A DNA stretch of 64,000 nucleotides from a virus (lineage: Duplodnaviria; Caudoviricetes): IMG/VR virus record IMGVR_UViG_3300013902_000013, positions 1 through 64,000 of that record; one strand, 5' to 3'. Below, one piece after another: positions 50,995 to 59,929 of this stretch. The notes beneath the pieces were generated by a model. That model did no database searches and was not told where the DNA came from. It saw only the letters and a list, made by a program, of their open reading frames with translations. A program made the translations under genes and the position numbers. Numbering within the stretch: the first letter of the stretch is position 1; each line of letters starts with the position of its first letter.

Positions 50995-51200
50995 ATGAAA
51001 GAATATTATTATTCTAATTGTTTTATTGAAGCACTAAAATAAAATGCCCATCTAAAATAAAAATTACTGTTATTTCACCTTTTATAAATGAGGTGTTTTG
51101 TCCACATTTTTATGGAGTGATGGTAATTATGATTATGATTTTGGGTTTGAAGGAAAAATATCTTTATTTAAAGCTTGGACTCTACACAAAGGAAATTAGG
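50995..51200 (+). pseudogene. Decayed small ORF
   Basis: MKEYYYSNCFIEALK* followed by protein-like fragments in shifted frames (EVFCPHF; WSDGNYDYDFGFEGKISLFKAWTLHKGN*). Confidence 0.45.
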
Positions 51201-51333
51201 CTTTAATCAAAAATATAAACAAAAATTATCTCATGCAAGAGCAAAGAAAAAAAGAATGCGCGCGCAGACTCTGAGAAAAATTTGTCAGAAACTGGTGCGT
51301 CTTATATTAAATATAGAAAGGAATAAATGAAGT

Positions 51334-51951
51334 ATGATAAAAAATTGTCAGAGTTTGCCGCCAGACCCACATGGCATCATCACTAACGCGTACATCTATA
51401 ATATGAGTAATGCTGTTCGCGCGTCTAAATATCCTATGGCGGCGGATGTGAGTAAATGTACTGATGAAGTTAAGGAGATTACAAAGAAATTAGCAAGCGC
51501 GCCGCGTGGAAGTGGGCATGATAATTTTCTGCATGGAATTTTAGTAGGGTTTGATTTGACGCTTAGTAATAAGGCATGGGTTGAGTGGGAAAGATATCAC
51601 TTTCAGGACATAATCTCGAGTCAGTCTACTATGCACAGGATCGTAAGATTAGTGGACGAGGGCAATGACGCGTTTAATGAATATGTTACAGAAAATACGA
51701 AAGAAGAGGTTAAGAGGTTAGTTAAGGAATATGAAGAGGTGAAAGATATTCCAACTCTTGCGAACGATGCTTATCTTAGGCTTTTGTATAATATTCCAAG
51801 TGGGCTGAAGCTGACCGCGGGAATTGTTACGAATTTAGGTCAGATAAAGACGATGATAAATCAGAGGGAAAATCACAGATTGCCGGAGTGGAGATATGTG
51901 ATTGCTTATTTCAAGATGATTGTGGAGAAGATTGGGGTATATGAAATGTAA
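51334..51951 (+). CDS. ThyX-like (flavin-dependent thymidylate synthase-like) protein
   Basis: SGHDNFL, WERYHFQDIISSQSTMH and Y..R..HRLPEW motifs resemble divergent phage ThyX homologs; the canonical RHRx7S motif is not exact. Confidence 0.5.
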   Translation: MIKNCQSLPPDPHGIITNAYIYNMSNAVRASKYPMAADVSKCTDEVKEITKKLASAPRGSGHDNFLHGILVGFDLTLSNKAWVEWERYHFQDIISSQSTMHRIVRLVDEGNDAFNEYVTENTKEEVKRLVKEYEEVKDIPTLANDAYLRLLYNIPSGLKLTAGIVTNLGQIKTMINQRENHRLPEWRYVIAYFKMIVEKIGVYEM

Positions 51952-52692
51952 AGATTATTGTTTTTTTTCTCGGGATTGTCTTATAGGCAATCAGAAATCG
52001 TTTTAAGAAAGTGTGGTTGCCTGAAAGGCAACCATAAGTTTTAATCTACCGTCTTTTAATTTTAAAATGGTTTTAAGAAAATATTTTTCCAGGCAATCTC
52101 GATATGCTTCACAATTTAAAGATTTACCCGTAATATACCCGCCCCTATCCAGTTTTTAACTGGTAAAAATATAACAAATGTATTGTTGACCTATTCAACT
52201 ATTGTATAGAACAATTAAAATATACCCTGCTACACTGTAAACGCATTACAGCCGTTTACAGTGTTTTTTGTGATTGCTTGTAATACAGCAATCACTTTTT
52301 TTTATGCGTCCATTGATAGTTTATACCTAAAAGCGTAAAAAATCGCTTAAAACGCAATTTAGAGCCTTACAAGGGTATCTATTTCTTTATGTGGTTGCTA
52401 TTGTGTAAAAATACTGCTCTGAAAAAATTTTTTAAAAATTTGAAAAATTTATGTTGACATGCGTTTATAAGTTTGATATCTTATAGGTGCGGACGGCGTT
52501 AAGCCAAACGCAAGAAAAAAATAAAAATTAGGTATTGACACAATACCTCATCTGTAGTAAAATTACTACAGAAACAATTTAATAGGAGACGCCCCACGGC
52601 GTGTAATAGGCTTTAATGTGGGGGCGGCGTGAAATAAGACCGCACAAAATGTATTAGTTTTTTAAAAATTTAACCAATGGAGGTTTAAAAAG

Positions 52693-53226
52693 ATGTTAAT
52701 TAACAATTTACAGGTCTATGACCGTCATTCTAAGTTCTTAAACGTGATAGCACGCTTAATGAACGACAAAGCGTCACATTCATATGAATGTGACGCCATT
52801 GTTGAAACTGACGTATTATACGTCATGTCTTCCGAGTATGACGTGGTCGTAAGACCATGTCATGAGCTATATAAGATGACTGTGTTTGACTATGACAATA
52901 TGGTTAAACACAGTCATCTTATATGTGATATTACGGATGTCGCTAAAGCCATCCGTAATATTCACATATATCGTAATGTGTATGTGTATGCATACACATA
53001 TGAATACCTGTTAGGCGAAGATTACATGATTTCGCCTAATTTAACAGGATGTGACAGCATCCACATATGCATTGTGGATGCTGATAAGTTCAATACCGTC
53101 TCAGGTATTGAATTCTGTCACTATAGTGATGGACGGTACATGTACCGTTATCACTTTAGTGATAACAGACATCCTGTAAAATCAGAGGCTCATACCCTCA
53201 AGGACTTCCTTGAGGGATGGGCGTAA
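52693..53226 (+). CDS. Hypothetical early protein
   Basis: 177-aa ORF with GGAGG RBS, downstream of promoter-like sequences at about 52454 and 52535. Confidence 0.7.
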   Translation: MLINNLQVYDRHSKFLNVIARLMNDKASHSYECDAIVETDVLYVMSSEYDVVVRPCHELYKMTVFDYDNMVKHSHLICDITDVAKAIRNIHIYRNVYVYAYTYEYLLGEDYMISPNLTGCDSIHICIVDADKFNTVSGIEFCHYSDGRYMYRYHFSDNRHPVKSEAHTLKDFLEGWA

Positions 53227-53519
53227 TGGTAAAGAGAGCGGCTTTTATAGCCGCTTTTATAGGGCTTATGGTAGGCTATTGCCTACCACAAACGCCAAGT
53301 CTGACCTTGAAAGATGGTCAGGTTTTTGAGGTATGCACATACCTCGAAGACACCAAGAACGCCGGTACAGGCGTTTTCATTTATGACGGCGGTCATACCG
53401 CCGTTAGTAATAAAAGGGCTATTGATAGCCCTTTAAAACATTCACCATTACACAATGGTGAAAATTATATCGTTAAATTCAAAGACGATACCATTATAGA
53501 ATGGTATCGTCTGAAATAA
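53217..53519 (+). CDS. Small exported/membrane-anchored protein, paralog of 56278-56532
   Basis: N-terminal hydrophobic segment; AGTGVFIYDG...L.N...YIV...DDTIIEW shared with 56278-56532. Confidence 0.7.
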   Translation: MGVMVKRAAFIAAFIGLMVGYCLPQTPSLTLKDGQVFEVCTYLEDTKNAGTGVFIYDGGHTAVSNKRAIDSPLKHSPLHNGENYIVKFKDDTIIEWYRLK

Positions 53520-53534
53520 CAGGGGGGGGATATC

Positions 53535-53882
53535 ATGGAAAATAATAAGAATTTAATTAAATCTGTCGTACTGGCTGATTATAGCCAGTTCGTTGATGGC
53601 AAACACCGTAACGGTGGTTGCTATGGGTATGACGTGATTTACACGTATATGCCCGAACAGAACGGATTTGCTCGTGAATGGTGTACCACGTGCGAACTGA
53701 TACCAGACGCGCCAAGTGGCGTTTATTCGCTCACCGACGTGTTGAACGAAACAGCGGATTTTGTCCGCCGTCACGCTAACGAACAGGATTGTTACGTTAG
53801 CGTAAATTATACAATGGTGTGGGAGTCCACTCCATCAGAAAATACTGACATTGATATGTCAGATTGTTTTCTTGACGATTAG
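53535..53882 (+). CDS. Hypothetical early protein
   Basis: 115-aa ORF followed by a terminator hairpin at 53884-53915. Confidence 0.7.
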   Translation: MENNKNLIKSVVLADYSQFVDGKHRNGGCYGYDVIYTYMPEQNGFAREWCTTCELIPDAPSGVYSLTDVLNETADFVRRHANEQDCYVSVNYTMVWESTPSENTDIDMSDCFLDD

Positions 53883-53995
53883 AAAAATAAGGGGAACGTT
53901 TGTTCCCCTTATTTTTTTTATTTAAAACGAACAAGTGTTTGTTTCACTTGTTAGTTAGTTAGTCCTAACCAACAAACACTTGTTCTACTTTAATG

Positions 53996-54307
53996 CTTTA
54001 ATCCATTAAAGTAATTGCCCTGTACAACGATATACTTTAATACATTAAAGTATTAAAATGTTTTACAAGTGAATTATTTACTGTTCCATTTTAACGCTTT
54101 AGTGTATTAAAGTAATTGCACTCTGCAAGAGTAGGTTTAATGCTTTAGTGTAGTAAAGTATTTTACATTTCGTTTATTGAACTGTTCCACTTTAGTGTAT
54201 TAAAGTATTTTTCAAATGAAATATTGCACTGTTCCACTTTAATGCTTTAATGCGGTGAAGCAAGAAAATTATAAATCGTTGCACTTTACCACTTTAGTGT
54301 AGTGAAG
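53996..54307. repeat. Array of the CTTTA-N6-TAAAG palindrome, island 1
   Basis: Perfect copies at 53996, 54035, 54097, 54143 and 54190; near copies at 54245 and 54292. Confidence 0.9.
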
Positions 54308-54316
54308 TGCTGAAGC

Positions 54317-54366
54317 CCGAGCCAAGACGCCACATCTTTTTGGTCACTTGTTGCGTCTTGGCTCGG
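54317..54366. repeat. GC-rich hairpin, island 1
   Basis: Perfect 14-bp arms CCGAGCCAAGACGC / GCGTCTTGGCTCGG with a 22-nt loop. Confidence 0.9.
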
Positions 54367-54661
54367 CATTTAATTGAATTGTGAATTACTAAAAAATTAA
54401 TTGAAAAGTGCATAGTGCAAAAGTGAAAAGTCCAGCCCGAAACCATTCACTTATAAAACGAACGAACATATGTTCCAGTCGCATAGGTCACGAACACACG
54501 TTCATAGAACCTACGTTCTGGATACTTTTACCAGTGAACGCGCGTTCTATGTATTGAAATAAAAACATAATTATTTTCATTCCACCTATTGCAATTAATC
54601 CTATATGTGTTATAATGGTATTAAGTTAAGCGCAAGAGCGCAGAAAGTGAGGTATTTAAAA

Positions 54662-55132
54662 ATGAAAAAATTCAATATCTACTTAGATATGGATGGTACT
54701 ATTGCAAACCTTTACAATGTACCGAATTGGTTAGAAAAATTAAAAAATGAGGATACAACTCCATATGAACAAGCAGAATCCCTTGTTGATATGGAATTAT
54801 TAAGTGAATTATTAAAAAGTCCACTTGTATCGGCTAACATACTTTCATGGACTTCAAAGGGCGGCTCTATTAAATATAATCGTAAAGTTAGATATAGCAA
54901 ATTGAGATGGTTGCAGTCTCACGGTTTAGATATGCACATTATAGATAAATATATTATAGTTCCATACGGCACAAATAAAGCTGAAGCAATAGGAACAAGA
55001 TTAAATAGTTCATTTTATCTATTTGATGATGAATTAAACAATCGTTTAAATTGGATGAATGCGGGCGGTACTGCTTACGGGGCAGAAAAAATTATCGAAA
55101 AAATCAGATTTTTGCTTGACTTATATAAATGA
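54662..55132 (+). CDS. HAD-superfamily phosphatase (5'-nucleotidase-like)
   Basis: IYLDMDGTIANLY motif I, K...I, and LFDD motif IV; start re-called to ATG 54662 after a GAGGT RBS. Confidence 0.8.
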   Translation: MKKFNIYLDMDGTIANLYNVPNWLEKLKNEDTTPYEQAESLVDMELLSELLKSPLVSANILSWTSKGGSIKYNRKVRYSKLRWLQSHGLDMHIIDKYIIVPYGTNKAEAIGTRLNSSFYLFDDELNNRLNWMNAGGTAYGAEKIIEKIRFLLDLYK

Positions 55133-55210
55133 ATATGATAATATAATTACAGGAAGTTATTAAGGGCGGATACAGCAAAATCCGCCCAGTCAGAAAAGGA
55201 TGGTAAACAA

Positions 55211-55447
55211 ATGAATCTTGAAATTTTAAACATCACAGCAATTCAGATGGGCGCTCTTGTAAATGAGGGCGCCGACCACGTAACAATTATGGGGATTAAT
55301 GACCCTGTAGTTATGATTGCAATATACAAAGAAAACAAATTAGTGGTTACATATTATAGCCACGCAGTAAAAGAACACGTACTGTATACGGGTGTAACTG
55401 CTGAACCTGAAAAAATAATATGTGGTTTAATGGGAATGTTATTATAA
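55211..55447 (+). CDS. Hypothetical protein
   Basis: 78-aa ORF with RBS and an upstream promoter-like sequence. Confidence 0.65.
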   Translation: MNLEILNITAIQMGALVNEGADHVTIMGINDPVVMIAIYKENKLVVTYYSHAVKEHVLYTGVTAEPEKIICGLMGMLL

Positions 55448-55470
55448 TAGAAAAGAGAGGTATTTAAAAA

Positions 55471-55800
55471 ATGATTATCGAAACAAAAGAATTTAATAAG
55501 TTAATGGAATTAAACCCATCATGGGAGTTCTGGACAAGATTTGAAAGCACACATGCAGTTTATATAAGAATTTCTGACGTAAAATCAGAAGAATTTTTAT
55601 ATAATATTGTTATGCACGACACTTATTGTGTATTACAGGACAAAGAAGATAATATTATTTTAAAAAGTAATTTTCCGGAAATTGTAAAATATTTAACAAT
55701 GAGCAGGGAAGAATTAAAACAAGAATTAATAGAAGCAATAAACAATGAAGAATATGCAATAGCTATTGCATTAGTAAATATTTTAAGAGATGATTATTAG
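55471..55800 (+). CDS. Hypothetical protein
   Basis: 109-aa ORF with GAGGT RBS. Confidence 0.65.
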   Translation: MIIETKEFNKLMELNPSWEFWTRFESTHAVYIRISDVKSEEFLYNIVMHDTYCVLQDKEDNIILKSNFPEIVKYLTMSREELKQELIEAINNEEYAIAIALVNILRDDY

Positions 55801-55900
55801 ATAAAGAAAAATTTAAAATGAGCTTGTTAATGTTCCATTTTTTTTAAAATGAGTATTAACAAGCTCCAGTAAATAAATAAAAGAAAATTTTGAAATGAGC

Positions 55901-55929
55901 TTGACAAAGCTCCAGTAATGCGGTATAAT
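55901..55929 (+). promoter_or_regulatory. Consensus SigA promoter
   Basis: TTGACA-17 nt-TATAAT. Confidence 0.85.
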
Positions 55930-55961
55930 TAGTTATCAAATGAAACAGGAGGAATTTAAAA

Positions 55962-56264
55962 ATGAAAATCATAAATCTTACACCACACACAATCAATATT
56001 TCTGATTTGGTTATTCCATCAAGTGGAATAGCAAGAGCAAAGCAGGAAAGTAAACAGGTTGACACTATTGACGGAATACCAGTTTACAATACGGTTTATG
56101 GAGAGGTTGAAAACCTTCCAGAGCCGCAGGACGGAGTTATATACGTCGTATCTGCTTTGACTGCACAGGCAGTTCCAGACCGCAAAGACGTATATATCAC
56201 ATTCGGCGCGGTAAGAGATGAAGCCGGTAAAATTATCGGTTGCACCGGATTAGCACATATTTAA
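55962..56264 (+). CDS. Conserved-looking phage hypothetical protein
   Basis: MKIINLTPHTINI...IPSSGIAR...ENLPEPQDGVIYVVSAL.AQA..DRKD; AGGAGG RBS. Confidence 0.75.
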   Translation: MKIINLTPHTINISDLVIPSSGIARAKQESKQVDTIDGIPVYNTVYGEVENLPEPQDGVIYVVSALTAQAVPDRKDVYITFGAVRDEAGKIIGCTGLAHI

Positions 56265-56277
56265 AGGGAGGTTAAAA

Positions 56278-56532
56278 ATGAAAGGTATTTTAATGGGTTT
56301 AATATTATTAAGTTCCATCACAACAGCGCCAACTGAATACATGGTAGAAATGGAATATTACAATGACATTCCAAGCGTCGCAGGCGTTGGCGTTTTTTAC
56401 GACGGTGACACATGTTATTATTCAGTAGAAGATATTACCCTTGAAAACGAACATCGTTACATTGTCGTTTTAAACGACCAAGGAACAGCAGATAAAAACG
56501 ACGACACAATCATTCTATATTGGGAGAAATAA
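56278..56532 (+). CDS. Small exported protein, paralog of 53217-53519
   Basis: Signal-peptide-like N-terminus; AGVGVFYDG...LEN..RYIV...DDTIILYW. Confidence 0.7.
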   Translation: MKGILMGLILLSSITTAPTEYMVEMEYYNDIPSVAGVGVFYDGDTCYYSVEDITLENEHRYIVVLNDQGTADKNDDTIILYWEK

Positions 56533-56559
56533 AAAAATTAAAGATTCACATTTTAATCA

Positions 56560-57420
56560 GTTCCATGCAAGAGCAAAGATTAAAATGTGAATCTTTTTTT
56601 AAACATGTATACAAGCAAGAGCAAAGAAAACATGTATACAATCGCGCGGACGCAGCAAAATTCAACTGTTCGCGCGGTCAATTATTAGCTGTTCCACCTA
56701 TTGCGCGTGAAATAATTGATAATGTCAATAATTTCATTTGAAACAATTGCACTTTACCACTTTAGCACTTTAAAGCGTGAGCCGTGAGCCTCGCTGTGAC
56801 GTTTGCGCCCTTTGAACGTCACAGCGAGGCATTTACTTAACAAGTGAATTATCAATTTTTTAATTAACAAGTGCATAGTGAACTTGTGAATAGTTGGCGC
56901 CCGAAACTATTGACCTCTTCAAACACTTTAGCGCAGTAAAGCGTTAATGCGCTAAAGTGAAAACTATAAACTCCCTCTTCAGCACTTCACTGCGCTAAAG
57001 CGTTAATGTACTAAAGCGAAATTTAAAACATGTATACAATCATGCGGATTGTATACGATTTGAGAATTGTATACATGTTTTAAATTTCGCTTTAGTACAT
57101 TAAAGTGGAAGAGCGCAATAATCCGCAGAGTCAACGGTACGCCGGAGCATGTATACAATATGCAACATACAAAATACAATGCTCCCAAATGGAATAAAAA
57201 ACGAACTGATATGCAGAACAGTTGTTTGCCGTGCTCCCGGAGCATTTCACAAGTGAATTATTGACAAGATCAATGATCGGAGCACGGGAGCATCATTCAT
57301 TGTTTAGATCAATTATATGTATGACAATTATATCATGCTATTGCATGCTCCCGCAATAAAATTGTATTTTTGTATACGTGTATTTGAGTAGAAAAACACT
57401 TGCAATCTATCCTCCCACGG
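56560..57420. repeat. Non-coding motif island 2
   Basis: TGTATACA at 56606, 56633, 57031, 57068 and 57150; CTTTA-N6-TAAAG at 56760, 56926 and 57090 plus near copies; 16-bp hairpin at 56788-56830; GGGAGCA/TGCTCCC at 57180, 57232, 57286 and 57346. Confidence 0.85.
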
Positions 57421-57608
57421 TCTATAATATAATTGTTCTTGAGAACGGGAACACAACGGGAGTTGAAAACAAGTTTTCAAGAATGAAAAAAAGTGATTGA
57501 CAACTTACTGAAAAAGTTTTAAAATAGTAAGTGTCAAGGGAACTTGATAAAATGTTTATAAAAGTAAAGTCAGGTACAAGACTATAAAACCGAAAGGATA
57601 GGTAAATT

Positions 57609-57977
57609 ATGGTAACTAACAAGATGACACAGGTAAAAGCTTTAGCACTTGCGATTGAAGCAGTTAGAAACGGCGAAACCGTTTCTGATGAAGTTGTCAA
57701 CAAGCTTGTTGACATTAAGAACGCGCTTGAGAAAAAGGCTAATTCTACAAGTCGCAAGGCGTCAAATGCAAACGCTGAACTGTTAGAAAAGGTGCTCCCA
57801 CTGTTTACAGATGCGCCAAACACACTTACAGAGGTGCTTACTGCACATCGTGAAGAGTTTGACAAGTTAGGGATTTTGACAAGTCAGAAGTTGAACGCCG
57901 TTATCCGTCCAGCCGTGGAAGATGGTCGCATCTTCAGAGAAAAGGACGGTAAAACGACCACTTTTAAGCTTGCTTAA
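57609..57977 (+). CDS. Putative winged-helix DNA-binding protein, copy A
   Basis: C-terminal LTEVL...LTSQKLNAVIRPAVEDGRIFREKDGKTTTFKLA is wHTH-like; the C-terminal half is nearly identical to 60660-61022. Confidence 0.7.
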   Translation: MVTNKMTQVKALALAIEAVRNGETVSDEVVNKLVDIKNALEKKANSTSRKASNANAELLEKVLPLFTDAPNTLTEVLTAHREEFDKLGILTSQKLNAVIRPAVEDGRIFREKDGKTTTFKLA

Positions 57978-58037
57978 AATCGTTATTGCTTGTGAGTTGG
58001 GAGCTTTAAAGCTCCCAACGATTAAAGGACTTGCACA

Positions 58038-58427
58038 TTGAAAACAGAATACAACGAAAATCAGATTGTTAATCTGATGCAGTCGCTTGACATCTCACGC
58101 AATGAAGCAATGGAGATATTACAAGCGGATGCGGAAATTGATAAAGGCGCAAAACTGTTTGAATTGACCGCCGAACAGAAAGCCGTTGAAAAAAAGATGC
58201 GTAAAACTGTCAAGACAGTATCTCCCAACGGCAAAAAGATTCAGCGTGAATTAAAAATTGACGACAACAGAGAATTGTTGTTGACTTCAATAATTGAGTT
58301 GTTCAAGAATGAGTTTTCGATTGAAAATATCAAACGACCGCCACGCACGACAAACAAAATTCGGTTTGATTTTAATGGTGACACTTTTAATATCACTATT
58401 GCAAAGGAAAGGAAGAAAGGTAAATAA
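58038..58427 (+). CDS. Hypothetical protein, copy A of the second duplicated gene
   Basis: LDIS..EA.EI..AD.EID.GAKLFEL..EQK.VEK.MRKTVK.V.PNGKK shared with 61090-61452. Confidence 0.75.
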   Translation: MKTEYNENQIVNLMQSLDISRNEAMEILQADAEIDKGAKLFELTAEQKAVEKKMRKTVKTVSPNGKKIQRELKIDDNRELLLTSIIELFKNEFSIENIKRPPRTTNKIRFDFNGDTFNITIAKERKKGK

Positions 58428-58432
58428 TTAAA

Positions 58433-59140
58433 ATGTTTTACAATCCAGTTCAGAACAAAGATAACCGCCGTACATACTACATGGTTTTAGATACCGAAAC
58501 CGCAACATACAAAGAAAATATTAAGGCGGTCAAAGGTACAAATATGCTTGTCTATGATTTAGGCTATGCAATAGTAGACAAGAACGGGCGTATTTATGAA
58601 ACAGGTTCATACATCGTAAAAGAAATATTCTATGATGAAATAGAACGTATGAGAACGTGTTATTTTGCTGACAAGCGTACGGACTATATACAGGATATAG
58701 AATTTGGTTTACATACAGTTGTAAACTGGTCTAATCTTATGTTTCTGTTATTGGAACGTGCGGAACACTGGAACATCCGTGCAATATGCGCTTATAATGC
58801 AAAATTCGATTACGGCGCAATTTGCCGCACGAATAATTACGTTAACGGCAAATACTGGATACCACCATTGCTGAAAAAGTTTCCAACGTGGGATATTATG
58901 AAAATGGTAAAAGATACCATTTATGATAGACCTACATATCAGCAGTTCTGTTTTGATAATGGGAACCTGACGGCGCACAAACCGCCACGAGCACAGATAA
59001 AAGCCGAAACAGTAAAACAGTATCTTGATAATAATCCACTGTATGAAGAAATACATACAGGTTTAGAGGATGTTTTAATTGAATCTGAAATACTGGCTAA
59101 ATGTTTCAGCACTCACAAAAAGATGCGCCGTGAACTGTAA
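58433..59140 (+). CDS. DEDDh-family 3'-5' exonuclease
   Basis: MVLDTETA (ExoI), AYNAKFD (ExoII), HTGLEDVLIE (ExoIII). Confidence 0.85.
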   Translation: MFYNPVQNKDNRRTYYMVLDTETATYKENIKAVKGTNMLVYDLGYAIVDKNGRIYETGSYIVKEIFYDEIERMRTCYFADKRTDYIQDIEFGLHTVVNWSNLMFLLLERAEHWNIRAICAYNAKFDYGAICRTNNYVNGKYWIPPLLKKFPTWDIMKMVKDTIYDRPTYQQFCFDNGNLTAHKPPRAQIKAETVKQYLDNNPLYEEIHTGLEDVLIESEILAKCFSTHKKMRREL

Positions 59141-59213
59141 TAAATAATTAAAGTTAAAAGGTCAAGCAGTTTATTATAAACTGCTTGACTGATAGAAAAT
59201 GGGGATTTAAAAC

Positions 59214-59564
59214 ATGTTTAAAGCAGCAATAACAAATATAGCAAATATCTGTAATTATATAAATGATTTTGCACTTATTATAGATTATGCAGATAAAATC
59301 ATAAAAATAGTGGATGCAAATGAATATGAAAACGATATTATATCAATTCATTTTGTAGATGATGAGATTGAATGTTACAATGAAAAATACGTCGAATATC
59401 CTTTTATAGTAGATACTATTGAAGAATTAAATACATTCATTTGCAGAAATATTTTAACATTAGAATTTGAGATGCTTTTAGATGAAATAGATTTAAACAC
59501 AAGTAATTTTAAAGAATTGCTTGAATGTTTAGGCAAGATGAATGCTATGTATATTCTTAATTAA
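59214..59564 (+). CDS. Hypothetical acidic protein
   Basis: 116-aa ORF with RBS. Confidence 0.6.
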   Translation: MFKAAITNIANICNYINDFALIIDYADKIIKIVDANEYENDIISIHFVDDEIECYNEKYVEYPFIVDTIEELNTFICRNILTLEFEMLLDEIDLNTSNFKELLECLGKMNAMYILN

Positions 59565-59627
59565 GAATAAATAATTTACAGCTTAAGTGGCGGCTACAGC
59601 AAGCCGCCACAATAAAGGAAGTATATA

Positions 59628-59927
59628 ATGAATAAAACAGATAAATATTTAAATATTAGTAAGATAGCAGAAAAAATTGAACACATAATTAATAACAATG
59701 ATTATGATTTTGAGGTAACCGATAATTGTTTAATGGTTTGCGACAACGATACAATAATCATAATATTAACTGATAATTTTTTAAATAGTCATAACTTGAA
59801 TGATGTCATATACAATATAAAAGTTGGAATGTTAATCAATGAGATAAATATTCGTCATGACAATTATTGTCTTGACGATGAACAGGTTGACGCAATGTTA
59901 AATATTGTAACAGGATTAAACTATTAA
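59628..59927 (+). CDS. Hypothetical acidic protein
   Basis: 99-aa ORF with RBS. Confidence 0.6.
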   Translation: MNKTDKYLNISKIAEKIEHIINNNDYDFEVTDNCLMVCDNDTIIIILTDNFLNSHNLNDVIYNIKVGMLINEINIRHDNYCLDDEQVDAMLNIVTGLNY

Positions 59928-59929
59928 CA

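Larger units (their letters stand above)
53894..54547. promoter_or_regulatory. LexA (SOS/Cheo) box cluster, island 1
   Basis: Perfect GAAC-N4-GTTC at 53894, 54464 (CGAACATATGTTCC), 54492, 54507 and 54536; one-mismatch boxes at 53929 and 53974. Confidence 0.75.

Noticed and set aside
52585-52635. Riboswitch in the GC-rich leader hairpin before 52693
   Set aside because: Only a short imperfect stem (GCCCCAC/GTGGGG) with no recognisable aptamer consensus.
54081-56700. DnaA boxes suggested by repeated CTGTTCCAC
   Set aside because: Two or more mismatches to TTWTNCACA. The repeat is real, but the DnaA assignment is unsupported.
56755-56780. CIRCE (HrcA) operator suggested by TTAGCACT
   Set aside because: Only a half-site is present; the matching GAGTGCTAA arm 9 bp downstream is absent.
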